From Podarcis melisellensis (lineage: Eukaryota), in NCBI GenBank assembly GCA_964234715.1, contig OZ174284.1: 64,000 nt of DNA; one strand, given 5' to 3'. A model generated the notes under the pieces. That model saw only the letters and a list, made by a program, of their open reading frames with translations, had not been told where the DNA came from and did no database searches. Position numbers and translations under genes: made by a program. How positions within the stretch are numbered: position 1 is the stretch's first letter; every line of letters starts with the position of its first letter. Of this stretch, positions 37,646 through 52,885 are shown piece after piece.

Positions 37646-39029
37646 TGTGAACCAGCTTCTAGGGTGTCTCTAATCACATGAAGAATGGTTTCCTCTCGCC
37701 AGTGAGAAGTTACACACATCTGGGATTAGAGGCGGGATGTTCAGGTCAGAAGATTTAGCTTCTGAACAGGCTTAAAACTGGCACTGGGATTTCTCTTGTT
37801 GCAAACTAACTGAGGCAACCATGACTCTATACAATGTATTTCTACTACATTTAGCCATGATGGTACCATTTATTAAGTGGGAATGTTTATATGTCTTAGG
37901 GGTGTGTGGGCATCGGACAGCATTTGCAGTGGGGAAAGTGGGGTGATGATTAGGAGGATGTCCTCAACCTAGCTAGCAAGGAACCTCCAACAAGCAGTTC
38001 CATGTGTGATTTATTAGTTCTGCTTTGAACTTAACACACACAGGAAACATGTAAAGCAGGCACAGGGAGAATTCAAGAGTTTCCTAGAGGGAGCAATGTT
38101 TTTCCCCACAGAGCAGAAGAGGGATTGCATCGAATCAATACTGCCAGACATGGAGTGGAAAGAGGCTACTTCAGGCCTTTTTGTGCAAGTTCCTCCATAA
38201 TTGTTTCTTGTTTGTTGCACATAATCTGCACATCTTCCCTCAAGTTTACTCTTTTGTTGTAGCAACATTGCATTTTTTCTGCTATCAAACTGCAATATTT
38301 CGTAAATGCAATTCATTGCACTTTATGTGTGGCGACAAGGAATGTTGGACACACAAATTGGATATCATTTGTTATGTGATTAGTAATTAATGATGCAATT
38401 TAAACCCCTCCCATCTACCTTTATGCATTTCTCTGCTAAAAAACTCCAGTACACCTGCACTGATATAGCCAATTTCAAAGCAATGAACAATCCTTGTTCA
38501 TTATCTAATATTGCTTTCTGATTAAGGTCCATTAAAATGTGGTTTTCTTATATCTATGGGTTGGCAGAGTTCTTTCAGCCTTTTTTCTACACTGCCCTGC
38601 CAGCCACCTCATCTCATCTTTTTGGCCTTCCCCTTCACCAGCAGTTGAGAAGCACTTCCAAGATGGCACCATGCCTACTCTGAGCATTCAGATTTCCCAG
38701 AAAAATTGCTCCAACTTCCCTACACATACCTAGCAGAATTTTGGAGATGCTTTTCCCTCTGCCAATCCTCAGTGAGCACATTTTATTTTATTTATTTTTT
38801 ATTTTTAAAAAATTACTAAAGATGTCTCACCTTGCCTGATAGTAAAGCCAGTTAATTTCAGTGAGGTTTCTCCCAGACCTATATATGATTCTGTTAGACC
38901 CCTGATAGCCATGTGCTCTTTTGTTCTGCTTTTACCTTCTAGATTCATCAGACTGCTGTTCATTCCTGCAAGAAAGTGTGCCAGCCTGGCTGGCAGGCAC
39001 AAGACACCACGGGGAAAACAGTAACCATC

Positions 39030-39096
39030 ATGCTGTCTCTGAGTGGAGGCTACTGGTGGAGCAACAGGCTTTCCCTGAGATGGAGAAAAACTAGCT
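39030..39096 (+). CDS. LRTM2: LRTM2 first coding exon (67 coding nt): MLSLSGGYWWSNRLSLRWRKTS; exon probably starts at 38943
   Basis: ATG at 39030 (accatcATGc), donor T|gtaagt at 39097, acceptor ttttaccttctag at 38942. Resembles the human N-terminus [22 protein letters not shown], and phase 1 joins the next exon in frame. Confidence 0.88.
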
Positions 39097-42000
39097 GTAA
39101 GTACTGCCCAGGTTGTTTGCTAAGCAGGAGGCTGTCCCCTATTTCTCCAGTGAGGGGAAGGGAGAGTGTTTTTATTTCAATAGTGAGTGTAGTGCTCAGA
39201 TTTCCCCCCCCCCTACGAATGACAAGAAGTGTAATGCCAAAGGAAGAAGCAACGGTGCTTTCACATGTTGCAGATAATAATAATTAGTGGTTACAGGTTG
39301 TGATTTGAACAGGCTTGAGAGTGGTAAAAGAGTGGGTACCAACTTGCTCTTAATGCCTGAAGGATGCCCAATATGCAAAGGAACCTTTATCACCTCCCAC
39401 AGTCAGTCCTGTATATGTTGGTATCACAACAACCCACAAAAGTTAATATTTTTGCCCTCTTAAAAATATAACACCCATTATTTTGCAGTACAGAGAAGGC
39501 CAAACACTGACAGGGAAAAATTAATGATGTGAGGACCTGTGATGCACATCTCAAAACCATTTCAGTTCATGATAGTCATGTCATACGTTGCCCAGGCTAT
39601 TCAATCGTCATAGTCACATTGCAAAGGACTATACTTAAAGTTTAAGTTGCTCTTTCTTATGTTACAGACCACATTAACTATATTCACAAGCTTTACAAAT
39701 GTCAAAATCCAGATGGTGTCATTTGTGAAGCAGCCTATATTGGCTCAATTCCATTAAACTACTCATTGTGATGATTCTTACAGTATGAGGTTCAAGAAGT
39801 TGAATTAAGCCATGCACTAGGGGAAAAAAGTGGAAGCAGTGATATGTTGATGTGTTTCGTGTAATATTTGCATGCACACACCAACATTTCTTTCCCACTA
39901 ATAGTTTCCAAAAAAACTCACATTGTTCGTCTTCTTAGTGAACAATCCCTGCTGGGACATTAGCTCCAGAGCTTTAAAAAATGTGGATATGATAAAGCAG
40001 GAACAATAGAAGTTTGAGGTAGGCTAACAGCACAAACCTATGCAGACCTACTTAGAAGTAAATCCCATTGAGTTCAGTGGGAACTATTCCTGGATAAGCA
40101 AGTATAGGACTTCAGTCTAAGTGTACTCCAGTGGAACCACCAAGCCATATCTGCAGTGAGTTATGAAGAGAGTTATTTTTGTTAATGAGGATACATGCAG
40201 CTAAGCTAGGCAGGGGGTATAGACTCACACCAAAAAGAAAGACTAGGGGTCAGAACACAAGATGCCGATGATATTTACAGAGGAAATTATTTCCTTTTGC
40301 CTAAGAGCCTTGCCTTTGTTATACACCCTTGCTTCCTAGATTGCCATTATAAATTATTTACTCTAAACGCCACTGAGCTCAGACCTAATCTTATATTCCT
40401 GGATCATCTTACTACAGTCCTGAACATCTCACAAAGTAACATTACCTTTTCTTGACATAAGATCATACAGTATGCTGAATATTTCACTTAGACTATTGTT
40501 TAGTAGTTAATGCTACTTTTCATGAGACAAAAAATTCCTACCTGCTCTGCTGAGCATTCACAGGCACACTGCCTTTTGAGACCTGAGTAACCATACCTGT
40601 ATCCCTAACTAACCACACCATGACCTTACATTTTTGCCTAGTAGATATTGTTGGAGTTTCCTTCAGGAAAACATGTAACATTGTCCCCCTGCCTCTCTCA
40701 GCCATCATTATAGTAGTAGAGTTGTGCTGTAAATTAAAATTCTCAGGAAATTATGCACCCAGATGTCTGGTAGGGGTAGCAGAACTAATGATGGTTTCCC
40801 AGAGGTGCTCAACTAGGGGTTAGAGCAGAAAGGATGGCATTTGCTAAAACAGACATAGAAGAGTGTCACCTATATAGCCTTACCTGATACATTCTCACCT
40901 TTCCCTGTAGACAAAGCAGCTAAATGTGCTCTCATCATCACAGATATCACTGTATAATTAATATGGTACTTCAGTCAAGCATCCAAGAAAAGCAAGATCA
41001 CTTGCTCAATTCATGTCACTTTCCCTTCCCTCTTGTTCTTTCAAGCATCATCCTACATCCATAGAATGAGATACTCTGAGTGGAATTAAATACCTCTAGA
41101 CAGAGAATACCAACTCTGGTGCCAACAGGATCTGTTTTCTGGGTTCATGGCATCCATTGTAACATCTATGCTATTGACCCTGGCCTCTTCTTAGTAGAAA
41201 GGCTACTGTGAGGCCACAGAACATCCCCACCCTCACCACCTATTGCTTAACTTTTGTTAGGAGAGTTGGGGTAGAAACTTGAATCAGCATCTGCTGGACC
41301 TGTATAGATGTCAATTCACTTAACTGAGAGGAAGAAACTTATTAAGAATCCTTCAGATTACAGACTTTGTTTGGAACCTGAAATGGTTCAACAAATACCA
41401 CATTACTTAATACCAAAGACTGTGTGGGAAACAGGTATAAGATTTGGATTTAGCCCTTGAATTAGGTATCAGTATTCAGGTCCATATGCATATTCATTGG
41501 TTTTGGATTTAACCCAAATCCAAAATGTATGATGTGCTTAGAAAATGAAAGCAGTTTGCAATGCTTTTTTTCAACTGTAGATCAAGGGCTGCTGACTTTG
41601 GGAACATTTATTCACCTTTAAGTTATTTAAATCAGGTAAAACCATCTAGTTTTAAGATTCTTTCATTCCACGGAAGGAAGCAAATGGAAGGGCATTTTCT
41701 TTGGGGGAACACACCTTTCAAACGTATTGCCTGCTTTACTTCATCCTTTGAGTGCTTTTTTGTTGACCTTCAGAAAATTGTGCAAGGTTTCTCTTTCAGG
41801 CTTCATTATTTAGGTCTTAGATATGTGGCATGGATTTTAGTAGTTCATATGTAACCAGGGTCTTTGGACATTGGCTGCAAAATGCTAAATACCTTAAAAT
41901 TTGTACTGGGGTCAAAATCATCTCTGACCACCACAAATCCTGTTCTAAAGAAAACACAATGAATTGATAATTTGCTTTCTAAGTAACAACTTAAAGGTGT

Positions 42001-42480
42001 CCAATTTAATATTATCAAAACTATTCTGATAATTTAGAAAGAGTTAGTAATTTTCTATTCTCGCTCTGAGTTGTTCTTCCATCATGCTTGGCTTTATTGT
42101 ATCTATCCTTTTGAAGCACACTGGAATCAGGCAGCAAAGCCCTCTGGGAATATGCTGACCTTTCTACCCCACCATACTGTAAGAATGTTTATTCCTTAGC
42201 CCTGCTAGCTCATAAAAGGCTAAAAGGAAGTTCACACTGTGGGAACCCATCTGGCAGTACAAGGATTCATCCATGAGGAAGCTCATTTGGTTATCATTCT
42301 AATCACAGACTATTAAGAAAACTGAGACTATTAAGAAGCTATCCTATATAGGGTCATACCAACTGGGCATGAGGCACAAGGTAGATTCTTCTCACTAGAC
42401 ATGAGAAGACATTCTGCATCTGGCTGCAAAGGAAGGCAAAAATCTTAAGTGAAACTGTGCATACAGTCTACCAATGATGA

Positions 42481-43122
<642 letters not shown>

Positions 43123-43966
43123 TGAGAGAGGTCCAAATCTCAATATTGAAGGTTATGCACTCCTAGTCTTTCCTGGCTATAAAGGGCTGAAAAGGAGCAG
43201 CTAGACAGAAAAGAGAGAGAAGTTGGACTGATCAGGCTGACATAAATTCTAATTCTCAGATATGGAGAATGGTCACTATGCATTATAATCCTGCCGTATT
43301 ATGTTACAAAGTCGTATGTTGTAGTTGGAGTTGCAGGTTATCTTCTCATCCAAATTTCTCTTTGCAAATGCTGACAGTTGTCCAAACTTTCAGAAGAGAA
43401 TATAATTGAAGGGGTCAAGATGAGGAAGGGGTCAAGCCCATCTGATCATTTTGGAGTTTCCGAATTCACTGGCTGCAAATCACTACAGTAGGAAAAAGAT
43501 CAGGGGAACGTGTAGTTGCTAGAATGCAAAATGAATTACAGAATGCATTCAGATATTTTCCTTGATAAGGCAATTTCACTGGTGCTAAACACCAAACAAA
43601 GCAGAGGGAAGGTCAGTGGTCGTATTGCGCAGTTTGGATTTTGACCTTAGTACTACCAATTATGTGCAAGATTCCCACAGTGGACTTTGAACTCTGCTCT
43701 CTCAATGGGGATTTCACTGTTTCAATAGAGCCAGTGCCCAGGCAACCATAATTTTATATCTAAGTTCTCCCATCTGGGTGAAAAATGGCTCAGCAGTATA
43801 TATGTCAATGATGAGGTGTTAATTAACAGTAACCTTTGAGTCAATTAACTGTAGTATGTTGTTATTACTGATGGAAAATGTTAAATATTTCTAACTGCTG
43901 AAACACTATAACCTGAGCTAAAAGCAAGAGCTTTAATTGTTGGCTACCCTTTTTGATACAGGCAAG

Positions 43967-43968
<2 letters not shown>

Positions 43969-44016
<48 letters not shown>
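43969..44016 (+). repeat. (CT)n microsatellite in the last LRTM2 intron
   Basis: Read directly. Confidence 0.95.
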
Positions 44017-44020
<4 letters not shown>

Positions 44021-44404
44021 TCCCTTAGTAATGTCATTGATTGTTGTTCAAATTCTTTTTCCAATTCACCTTGTGAGTCTGATTTTGGGCCAAGGGCAAG
44101 TTAAACATTGTTATAAAGTGTTAGTAGACAGGAAAAAAGCAGCAGCAATGTATACGACATTCTTCTTACATTGTGTTGAAACAGAAAGCAATAAAGGGCT
44201 AAAGTAGCAGGAAAAAGAATAGCTAAGCTGGTGTTTTTCAGCATATTCCACAAAGACAATTATCCCCATAACTTGAGACTTTCTTGGGTCTCAAACTTGT
44301 CACCTAGAAAAATGCTTCCGTTTCCAAACAGAATGTTCTCTGTGTAACACATTTCTTGACTCAAAATGACCAAATGCTCAGTTAAAGAAGGGGTGGGTGG
44401 GTGG

Positions 44405-45055
44405 CTTTGTTGTTGGCATCCATCTGTCTAAAGAGACAATGGAGTGAACCCCTGGGAGGCGAAATCAAACTGCTGCATTAGCAGCACCTAAGTGACCTTC
44501 CTGGGGTGCAAGCCTAGGCAGTATATATGGAGGTCCTGGGCCTCACTGATGTGGTCCAAAGGAGAGCAGAGCACCAACTTGGCTGCAGGTGATGTCAGAG
44601 GTGTACAAGGTGCCATCCAACCATTTTAGGGATTCTACACTGGATTTGTAGGGTTTACTACTTAGCTTTTTCTTCTTCCGAAGATATCCTACAAGGCAGC
44701 AGAGGCTTAGGATCACAGTTTTACTTCTAGATGGGCTATCTTCCTAGGTTGATGAGTCCCATCTGCCCCTCACTTCCCTCTACAGCACATACAGAAACTG
44801 CCTTCTTGATCATTGGTTCCACTATTGGTCTCATCTGCTTCGGAGCCTGTCTTTGCATACAGGGGGAGTCCCTAACTCACCAAGGGTTTGAAATCCATCA
44901 GCTACCCCCACCTGTGGTGCTAGGGGAGGGGTACTACCATTATGCTCCTTCTGGGGTGGTTTGTCCACCTTTGGTCCCCAACCTCCACTCAGCTCTCACC
45001 TGCAGCTCCTAGAAACTCTCAGCATATGACATAAGCTACACCCCAGGAAGAGGGA
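44405..45055 (-). mobile_element. Interspersed retroelement-derived repeat (RTE-like), copy 2
   Basis: Shares blocks such as AAGAGACAATGGAGT, CTGATGTGGTCCAAAGG, GTACAAGGTGCCATCCAAC and GGGGGAGTCCCTAACTCACCAAGGGTTTGA with 31111-31655, in the same orientation. Confidence 0.65.
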
Positions 45056-45134
45056 ACGATCCCTATATATTTAAGTGTTCAGCCACAGCAGCTGCACTGA
45101 AATGAATTATTGCTCTGAGCCTGATGTGATCTGA

Positions 45135-45638
<504 letters not shown>

Positions 45639-46521
45639 ATACCTTATTGGAAATTAGTGGCAGAGGAGAACAGGATATGAGAGGCCTATGGCTTGGGCCT
45701 TTCCACATCTTCCAAGACATACAGATGGACTGTGCTGCTGTTCCATTCATCCAATTAGTAAAACATGCTTCTGGGTTCAGAACACCTGGCTCTGGGTTCA
45801 AGTCCCTCTCACTTGCCTCTGTCCTCATGTACTTCCAAGTGAATAAACTGTAGTCAGACCTCAAGTGCTTATCATTTTTCCTCTTTGCACAAGACTCCCC
45901 ACAGGCGCTCATTTATGGGGAAGTTCAGCCAACCCAGCACTATCTTGCCTCTGCTTCAGTTCCTGACTCCTTCAGAAACTCCCATACCACCACAGAATCT
46001 TTTACCAACAAAACAAGCAGCCAAAGGCACTAAGACAACTCCTGTGAAAGTGTCTAAACTTCACAGGTTGGGTCACTGATATTACTGCATGACAATCTAC
46101 TCTTTCCCATTAGCTGTATATTCAGAAAAACCCAGTTCACAGCCAGCCCAGAACTGATAAAAGGCCTGTAACTGAGTGCACAATATCCACAGGGAATTTG
46201 ACTTTCCTGTTTTTAACATTACAAAGGAATTAATATCCTTTTACATAAAAAATACGCATTGCGTATACTCACTCTGTTGTGTAGTCTAGTCTACACAACA
46301 AAGGGTGCAGACAAATAAAAATATTAACATAGGCTGATCACCCACATATATAAACAGACTTATTCATATACACACCTCTTTCCTTTGCATACCATCTGTA
46401 GATTACTATTTGTAGAGCGCTATAAAGTGTGCCAGCTACTGCCTGATATGGATGATAATTTATGATCCCTGCAATGAAGGACATTAAAAAGTATTTGAAG
46501 CAGCAGCAAAGGTGAAATAAA
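45639..46521 (+). other. LRTM2: LRTM2 3' UTR (minimum extent), with candidate AATAAA signals at 45842, 46314 and 46516
   Basis: Follows the stop codon, and the hexamers were read directly. The true cleavage site cannot be determined and may be further downstream. Confidence 0.5.
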
Positions 46522-49500
46522 GGAAGGATGGGTCGTGACTATTAAAAGGAGAGTTACTTTGGGAAGGTTAATGTGTATCCTCCAAAAGGGAAAACATTTT
46601 TTCTGGGATATTAGAGAATTAATCTGAAAGGCTCTTATAGTCTTTGTGGCAGAAGTGGGTCTCTGGAAGGGATTTAAGAGGAGAACAGCCTTTCTGATCT
46701 CCTTAGAAAGAGTATTTTGAGGACTTGGGTAGTGGTGGGGAGGAGTATGGAAGTGGTTTTATGGAAACAATGCACACTGTAAGTCATAACCAGAATCATT
46801 AATGTGGCTATATGCAATGTAACACAGTGTGGGTCAGATGGGGAGAATTGGACAAAATGATTTAGAGCCATGAATAAGACATCAAGGAGTATCAGTGTAA
46901 AATGTAGAGAGAGGAGATGCTGTTCAGGGTCAATGTTGGTCAGCTCTTCATGCAAACACTCTACTGATATAGGCATGTATGAATGACACTGGTGCATGTA
47001 AGCAGCCATGCAAGAGTCCTACTCAAAAACAGGGAGAGTAGCATTAATATTCTCTGCAGCATCCATGCATATAATACACACATACATTCAAGGAACACAC
47101 AGATGCATACATGAGCACAAGCATCCATGTGCACATACACACTGAACACACATGAATTCTTATGCAGGGTATCTTTCCTAAGCTCAAACCATATCACATT
47201 AGCCTCATTTCTTTTCAAACTGATGGCAGGGAGGAGGGAACCAACATAAGGACTCATTTTATATCACTGAAAGTGGGATAAAGTGCTGTCTCCAGGGGAG
47301 AGCACATATTGCCATGGTAACCTGCTCTAGCCCGTCACAGCGGGTATTCCTGGGATAGGAAGATGACACGAGAGGTCGTGCAGCCGCAGTTTTTGTGGAT
47401 ACTGTGATCCTTGCAGTCATGAAAAAAAATTGGCAGCTGGCCCAGATTCCAAGGTATCTCTCTAGTAACTCAGGAGCAGAGCCCAACAATCACCTTAGTT
47501 GGGCATGGAGCAGGTCTTCAGAATTCTTCCTTCTTTTGTCGTATTCTTATGCCTTTCAATGAGCTCAAGTTCTTTCTTTAACTGTTGCTGCTGGTTTGAG
47601 TAGAAGCTATGCTTACTTTCCTTAAATTCATCCCTAAATCTCCTGTCAGCAAACAAGAACACTGTGAAGGACTCAAGATTACATCTTGGGAGCAGTAATT
47701 CAACCCTCTACCATCCTATTAGCAAAGAACTACCACATCCCAAAAGAGGGAATAACCTTCAGACAGAGAGGCATGGCAGGAAAAAAATTCTCATGGAACA
47801 TTAGAGAGTAGACGGTGGGAAATGAGATTCATTCATTTATTAAATTTGTATCTCCTACCTTTCCTCTCAAAGGAGCCCAGGGCAGCAAACATCAAAATGG
47901 TAAAACAACACAATTTAAAGTGGTATCCAAACGGTGAATATGGCTATGGCATCTAATTTTAAGATCTGTGCAGAAGGTCAGCATCAAGGTAAGAGGCAAA
48001 TTCCAAGAATGGAGGATAGACTCTTTCTCTCATTGCGTACCATGTATGTATTGTGGTCCCTCAAAGTGTGCAACTCCAATTCCGCTTTATCCCAGACTGA
48101 TGGGCAAAACTAGGGTACTAAAGACTCTAGCTAATGTATGTATGTATGCCTGTATTGCTCCTACTGCATATATACCCAACAAACTAGCACTGGCACTCTG
48201 CCTGCTAGATATACAATTCCAACCTTACTGTCTCTATAATCTTCCCAAAAGAACGTACCTCTGTAACATACATACTGGACAGCACAATTATACTTGAAAT
48301 TGGATTTTTGTCAGAGCTGTATATTTATAGATCTCTATTTTACTTCTAAGAAATAATTATGACATGATTGCACAGAACAAATGATGTGTGCATGTGTGTT
48401 TAGAGGATGAGAAGAATTGATGAGCGCAAATTAGGTGTGTGGGGGGGAAAATCCCCTTCCTCTTCCATTCCCTATTCTCACCTTTGGCAGGTTTCCCTTT
48501 GTTGCCAATTACATTTTCTGTTTTCCATGTTGTGAGTTTAATTACAACTTTAAACTTTATTCCAATTTATCATTTGATATGGCATAGGGTTGGCCCTGAT
48601 ACTTCCACATTTAGAAATCCACATCTGAAAAGGGGAAGTAAGTGAAGGGACAAAGTAAGCGTTTGTTGAGAAAAGTAAGGGTGTTGGATGGATAATGTTG
48701 GTCCCAAAGACACTGGAGTACTTGGGTAGTAAAATGGGCTGTTCAGAATGCAATAAGCCAATATAGGAAGTGTCCTCTTTCAAGCTACTGGGAAACTGTG
48801 CCTTCAGCTGTAATCAGAAGGTCTGGAATGATCTTGTTACATCATTTAGAATTCTTGAACTAGGGTTGAGGAAACTCTATGAAGTCTCAGAAAATATGCA
48901 AAATGTCTTGCATCCCATCATCTTCCATTCATATAAAACCACAATATATACCTGTTGAAAACACAGGGATTTAGACCATCTGATTCTTATATGGCTGCTA
49001 CAAGTATATACTCTGGCTGTGGGCAGTATAAATAATCAAAAGAAGAAATGGTTTGGATCTATCAATTTCATAATACTTATTCCATTTGAAAAAGAAGTTC
49101 ACTTGTATAACATTTCAGAACTGCTGTTCAAGTGAACTGAGAAGATGAATATCTTAGCAATAGTGCCCTTCAGCAGAATCAGTATACTCTTTCTACTGGT
49201 TAGAGATCAGCATGCATACCTGTACTAAACTACCTATGTATAAGACCAAAATACTATCAGAAGTATATGCATGTGTAACTGTTATGCTGAGATTATTCGG
49301 GAGTTTAGCGATATGCCATCAGTGTTAAAATTTGTATATACAAGACCACAGGGCACTTCACAAATGGCACAAATAATGCCTATTAATGTGCCACTTGAAA
49401 ACTCTCTTACTATGGGATCTAACATAGGGAATAGCCCTAATACTGTACTCCATAACTTTCAAACTATCCAGCTATTAATTTTAATAACCAGACTGATGTT

Positions 49501-50495
49501 TGTTTCTCTGTAGGTATGAGTAGGCCTGGTTTTAAAAACACATGCCAAAGTGCCACCACTGAAAATGAAGCAGCATAGCTCTCCTGTGGGCTTGACTGGT
49601 GCTGATCAAAACAGATTGGAAGATAATTAGAAATGAGAAAGGGATGCAGTGCAAACATTCATAATGCATGCACCTGTTAACATCACTGCAGAAATCCGGC
49701 ATACAAGAGGTTTAAGTAAAAATTTCTACATCACTTGTGAAAACTCCCTTAGTATGCTCCAGGCTATTAGGTGCAGCCAGCAGCTGACAGCTAAGGAGAG
49801 ACTACCCTTTAAAAAAAATGCTGGCAAAAAGCCATAATGAAGGACAACCTAATTCCTTTAGTAAAGATGGATATAGATAAGAATGTGCTTTCCTGTACGG
49901 GTAGGTCAATACAGCAACCAAGGGAAGTTTAGCTCCTGGTACAGTCACACTATCCCAAGAAAACAAGAGGTAGGCACAGTTCCTCGGGGTGGGGGTCTTG
50001 AAAGGAGGACAGATGGCACATACAATCCTTTTTTCTGTTAGAATTTAAGGGAGAACCAGTTTTTAAAAAGCAGCTGAAGGTATATTATATTTCTGGCTTG
50101 TTGTTTTAGAAGAATAATAAAGAATGTATTTTCCTATGCAACTTATGCTTTACGTTTGGTTTGTGGAAATAACCTACTGCTCTGCAAATTTTCTGCAAGA
50201 ATGAATGAGTGCAAGAGATTCTATAACATAAAGGGGAAATACTCAAATACACAAAGAAACAGAAGGGACCAGAAGTGAAGCTAAGGCAATTGTTTAATTT
50301 GGGTTGGATCACACCTCTACGAATCTTGCACCAAGGGGGGTTGCCAGGTTAGTTTGCTGGAGCAACAACAAAATTCTTGTGGCATTTAAAAGACTAACAA
50401 ATGCATTGTGGCATATGTTTTCACTAAGTTCATTTTATGAGATATATGATTATCCTCAGTTGGCAGACAAACTCATCAAGCATGAATGTGTGTGT

Positions 50496-50526
<31 letters not shown>

Positions 50527-50539
50527 AACTAATGATAAA

Positions 50540-50615
50540 CATGCCTATGATGAAGCAGACTCTACTCCATGAAAGCTCACACAATAAAAGTCTTTAAAGT
50601 GCCACAAAACTCTTA
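50540..50615 (+). mobile_element. Penelope-like terminal remnant (next to a (CA)n tract at 50497-50523)
   Basis: GATGAAGCAGACTCTACTCCATGAAAGCTCACACAATAAAAGTCTTTAAAGTGCCACAAAACTCTT resembles the conserved reptile Penelope end (CTGANGA...GAAA hammerhead-derived motif), here degenerate. Confidence 0.5.
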
Positions 50616-52714
50616 CGCTATGCAACTTTTACAGCTCCTTGGATCTGCATCCCCGTCAACTGGTGAACTGTGCATGCACTAGCTGGCTTGTACTCCAGAA
50701 TTCTTCAGACCTACTCAATCTGCATCCAAGCAAGATCCTGTTATGGACTGACCATGTGCTGGGGGCAAGGAACTACCTCACCAGGAACTGCTCATAGAGT
50801 AGCAAAACAGGGTGCCACATGGCCTCTGCAGCAGAAACTGTGCAGGCTAGCCCATAAAAACCTATCCTTGCTCCTGGACGTTTAATACCTTACAAGCTCT
50901 CTTCATACCTCTTACAACCTTAGATTGGTAAGAAACTCATATACAGACTGTATCCACTGCCCCTGACTGGTTAGGGAGCACTGTGCAAATTATGCTTTCA
51001 CACCTCTCCCTTCCAGCATGCGATATTGCTCCTTTCCCCTCCTTTTTTTTTTTTTTTGGTCTCTTTCATCATCATAATCTCTCTCTCTTGCCTCTCCATG
51101 AGCAGCTGCTCTTCAGATATTCCTTTCTCTGATCTTCTCAACTGTCGCTTCTCAACTGTCATAGACGATCCCAAGCCCCCACATTCCATCTGCCTTCTAA
51201 AAAGGTAGCTCTCCTCCACAAGCAGGGGCTTTTCTCTGGCCATTCTTTCTCTTGACACAAATCCAGGTCATCTGAGAAGGAGAGGCACAGCGGAGCCTTT
51301 GCGCCAGATCCAAATTTAGATGCCAGTTTGGCTCTATATGACTTAGCCTTTAAGGGTATTGTATGCCAAGGGTGTGATATAAATGAAGAAAACTACGTGT
51401 ATTTGATGAGGAATTGAAAATATGTTCCTTCAGACACACGCTCCCTAATGTGAAGAACTTGAATTGTTTCCAGAACTTTGTGGAAGTAGTACAGAAACCC
51501 TACCAGGAGGGTGCTTGGCACAGGACAGCTCTACTTTGCTCTCCATTTCATTGCATATCAGACCGTACAGGCTGCTGAAGCCTTTGCCAGCAGGAATGAA
51601 GACATATAGAAGCCAGAAAGAGCAATTTAGCTCAATTTCCAAAAGGAGGAAAGTAAGGGCTGTACACTCTCTTTCCATTTCCCTATCAGTCTGCTGTCAT
51701 TTCCCTATCTTCTGACCATAACTCTGTGGGGAGGGGCTATGTCCCATGTTCAGTCATTGGCATTTCTAGTTAAAAGGCTCTTGGGTAACTGGTGATGGAA
51801 ATTCATATTATGAGGATTACACTTCCCAGCTCCCACTGCCACTGAAGTCAGCAGTTTTTACATTATGCAATGGTATCGTAAGATAGCATGGGTTGGGTTT
51901 TTGAGTGGAAATGAGGAGAGGGTGTCAAAGAGGGAACAGAACTAATAACTATGCCCAGGGCTCACTTGCACAACCATGATTCACATTTCAATACAAATCA
52001 CTGCAAAATTATTCCGCTATTGTAGTAGTTTGTGCAGTTATTAGAATCCAGAAAGCCAGATATGCCCATCACAAAAGCGCAAAGGGAAAAGCTATAAACT
52101 GACTGCAAATTAGATCCACAGATCATGCAATTTCCAAGGCAATGCACAAAACCCCTAGTATCCAGATGCTTATGTAAGAACTCTAGATCCATGACTTTTT
52201 GAAAATGTTAGGCGTGAATGTGACCAACAGCTGTATCATGCAGATACACTAATCAGAGAGAATACATGAATTTGTTACTTTGAACCTGTCTCAGAGACAT
52301 AATACAAATCTGAATACACCTAATCTCTGGATATGGTCTTCCAAGTGCTTGACAACCCTCCTGTTTTTGTACTCCCAGGCAAGCAGCGAAAACAGGTCTT
52401 TGCAGTCCCTGGTATGCTCTTGGGCTTTATTCAGTGCAGGGATTTACAAGTTGTAGACACTTGGCCCTGGCACAGGGCATACTTTTATCTTTAAACCAGA
52501 TTAGGACAGGACAGTGATACAAACAGAACTCCTTCAACCAGAGGACTGTCATCTGTAGATTGCCCTCTACAAAAGATTGCCCTCTGTAAAACAAGACACA
52601 GACATGGTCACTCTATTTCTGAATACCAGAAATACTACTAATACTGCTTTTGGGGTAAGATGCTTGAGAGGGTGGTGGCAGTCCAGTTGCAGACACTCTT
52701 GGAAGAAACTGATC

Positions 52715-52885
52715 ATCTTGACCCATTTCATTTTGGGTTCAGGCTCAGTTTGGGACAGAATCTGTCTTGGTCACCCTGATAGAGGTCCTTATTCAGGAGA
52801 GGGACAAAGGGGAAGTGTGACCCTGTTGCTTTTTCTTAATCTCTAAGATGCTTTTGATACTATTGAGCACAATATTCGCCTGGAT
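52715..52885 (+). mobile_element. L2/CR1-clade reverse transcriptase pseudo-fragment
   Basis: With frameshifts and a stop it translates to LDPFHFGFR..GTES.LVTL....RDKG..TLLLFLNL*DAFDTIEHNI, the non-LTR RT motifs QxGFR and DLSxAFDTxxH. Confidence 0.75.

Noticed and set aside
50540-50615. Possible hammerhead ribozyme in the Penelope-like remnant
   Set aside because: The catalytic core is degenerate (ATGATGA instead of CTGANGA, broken stems), so activity is unlikely.
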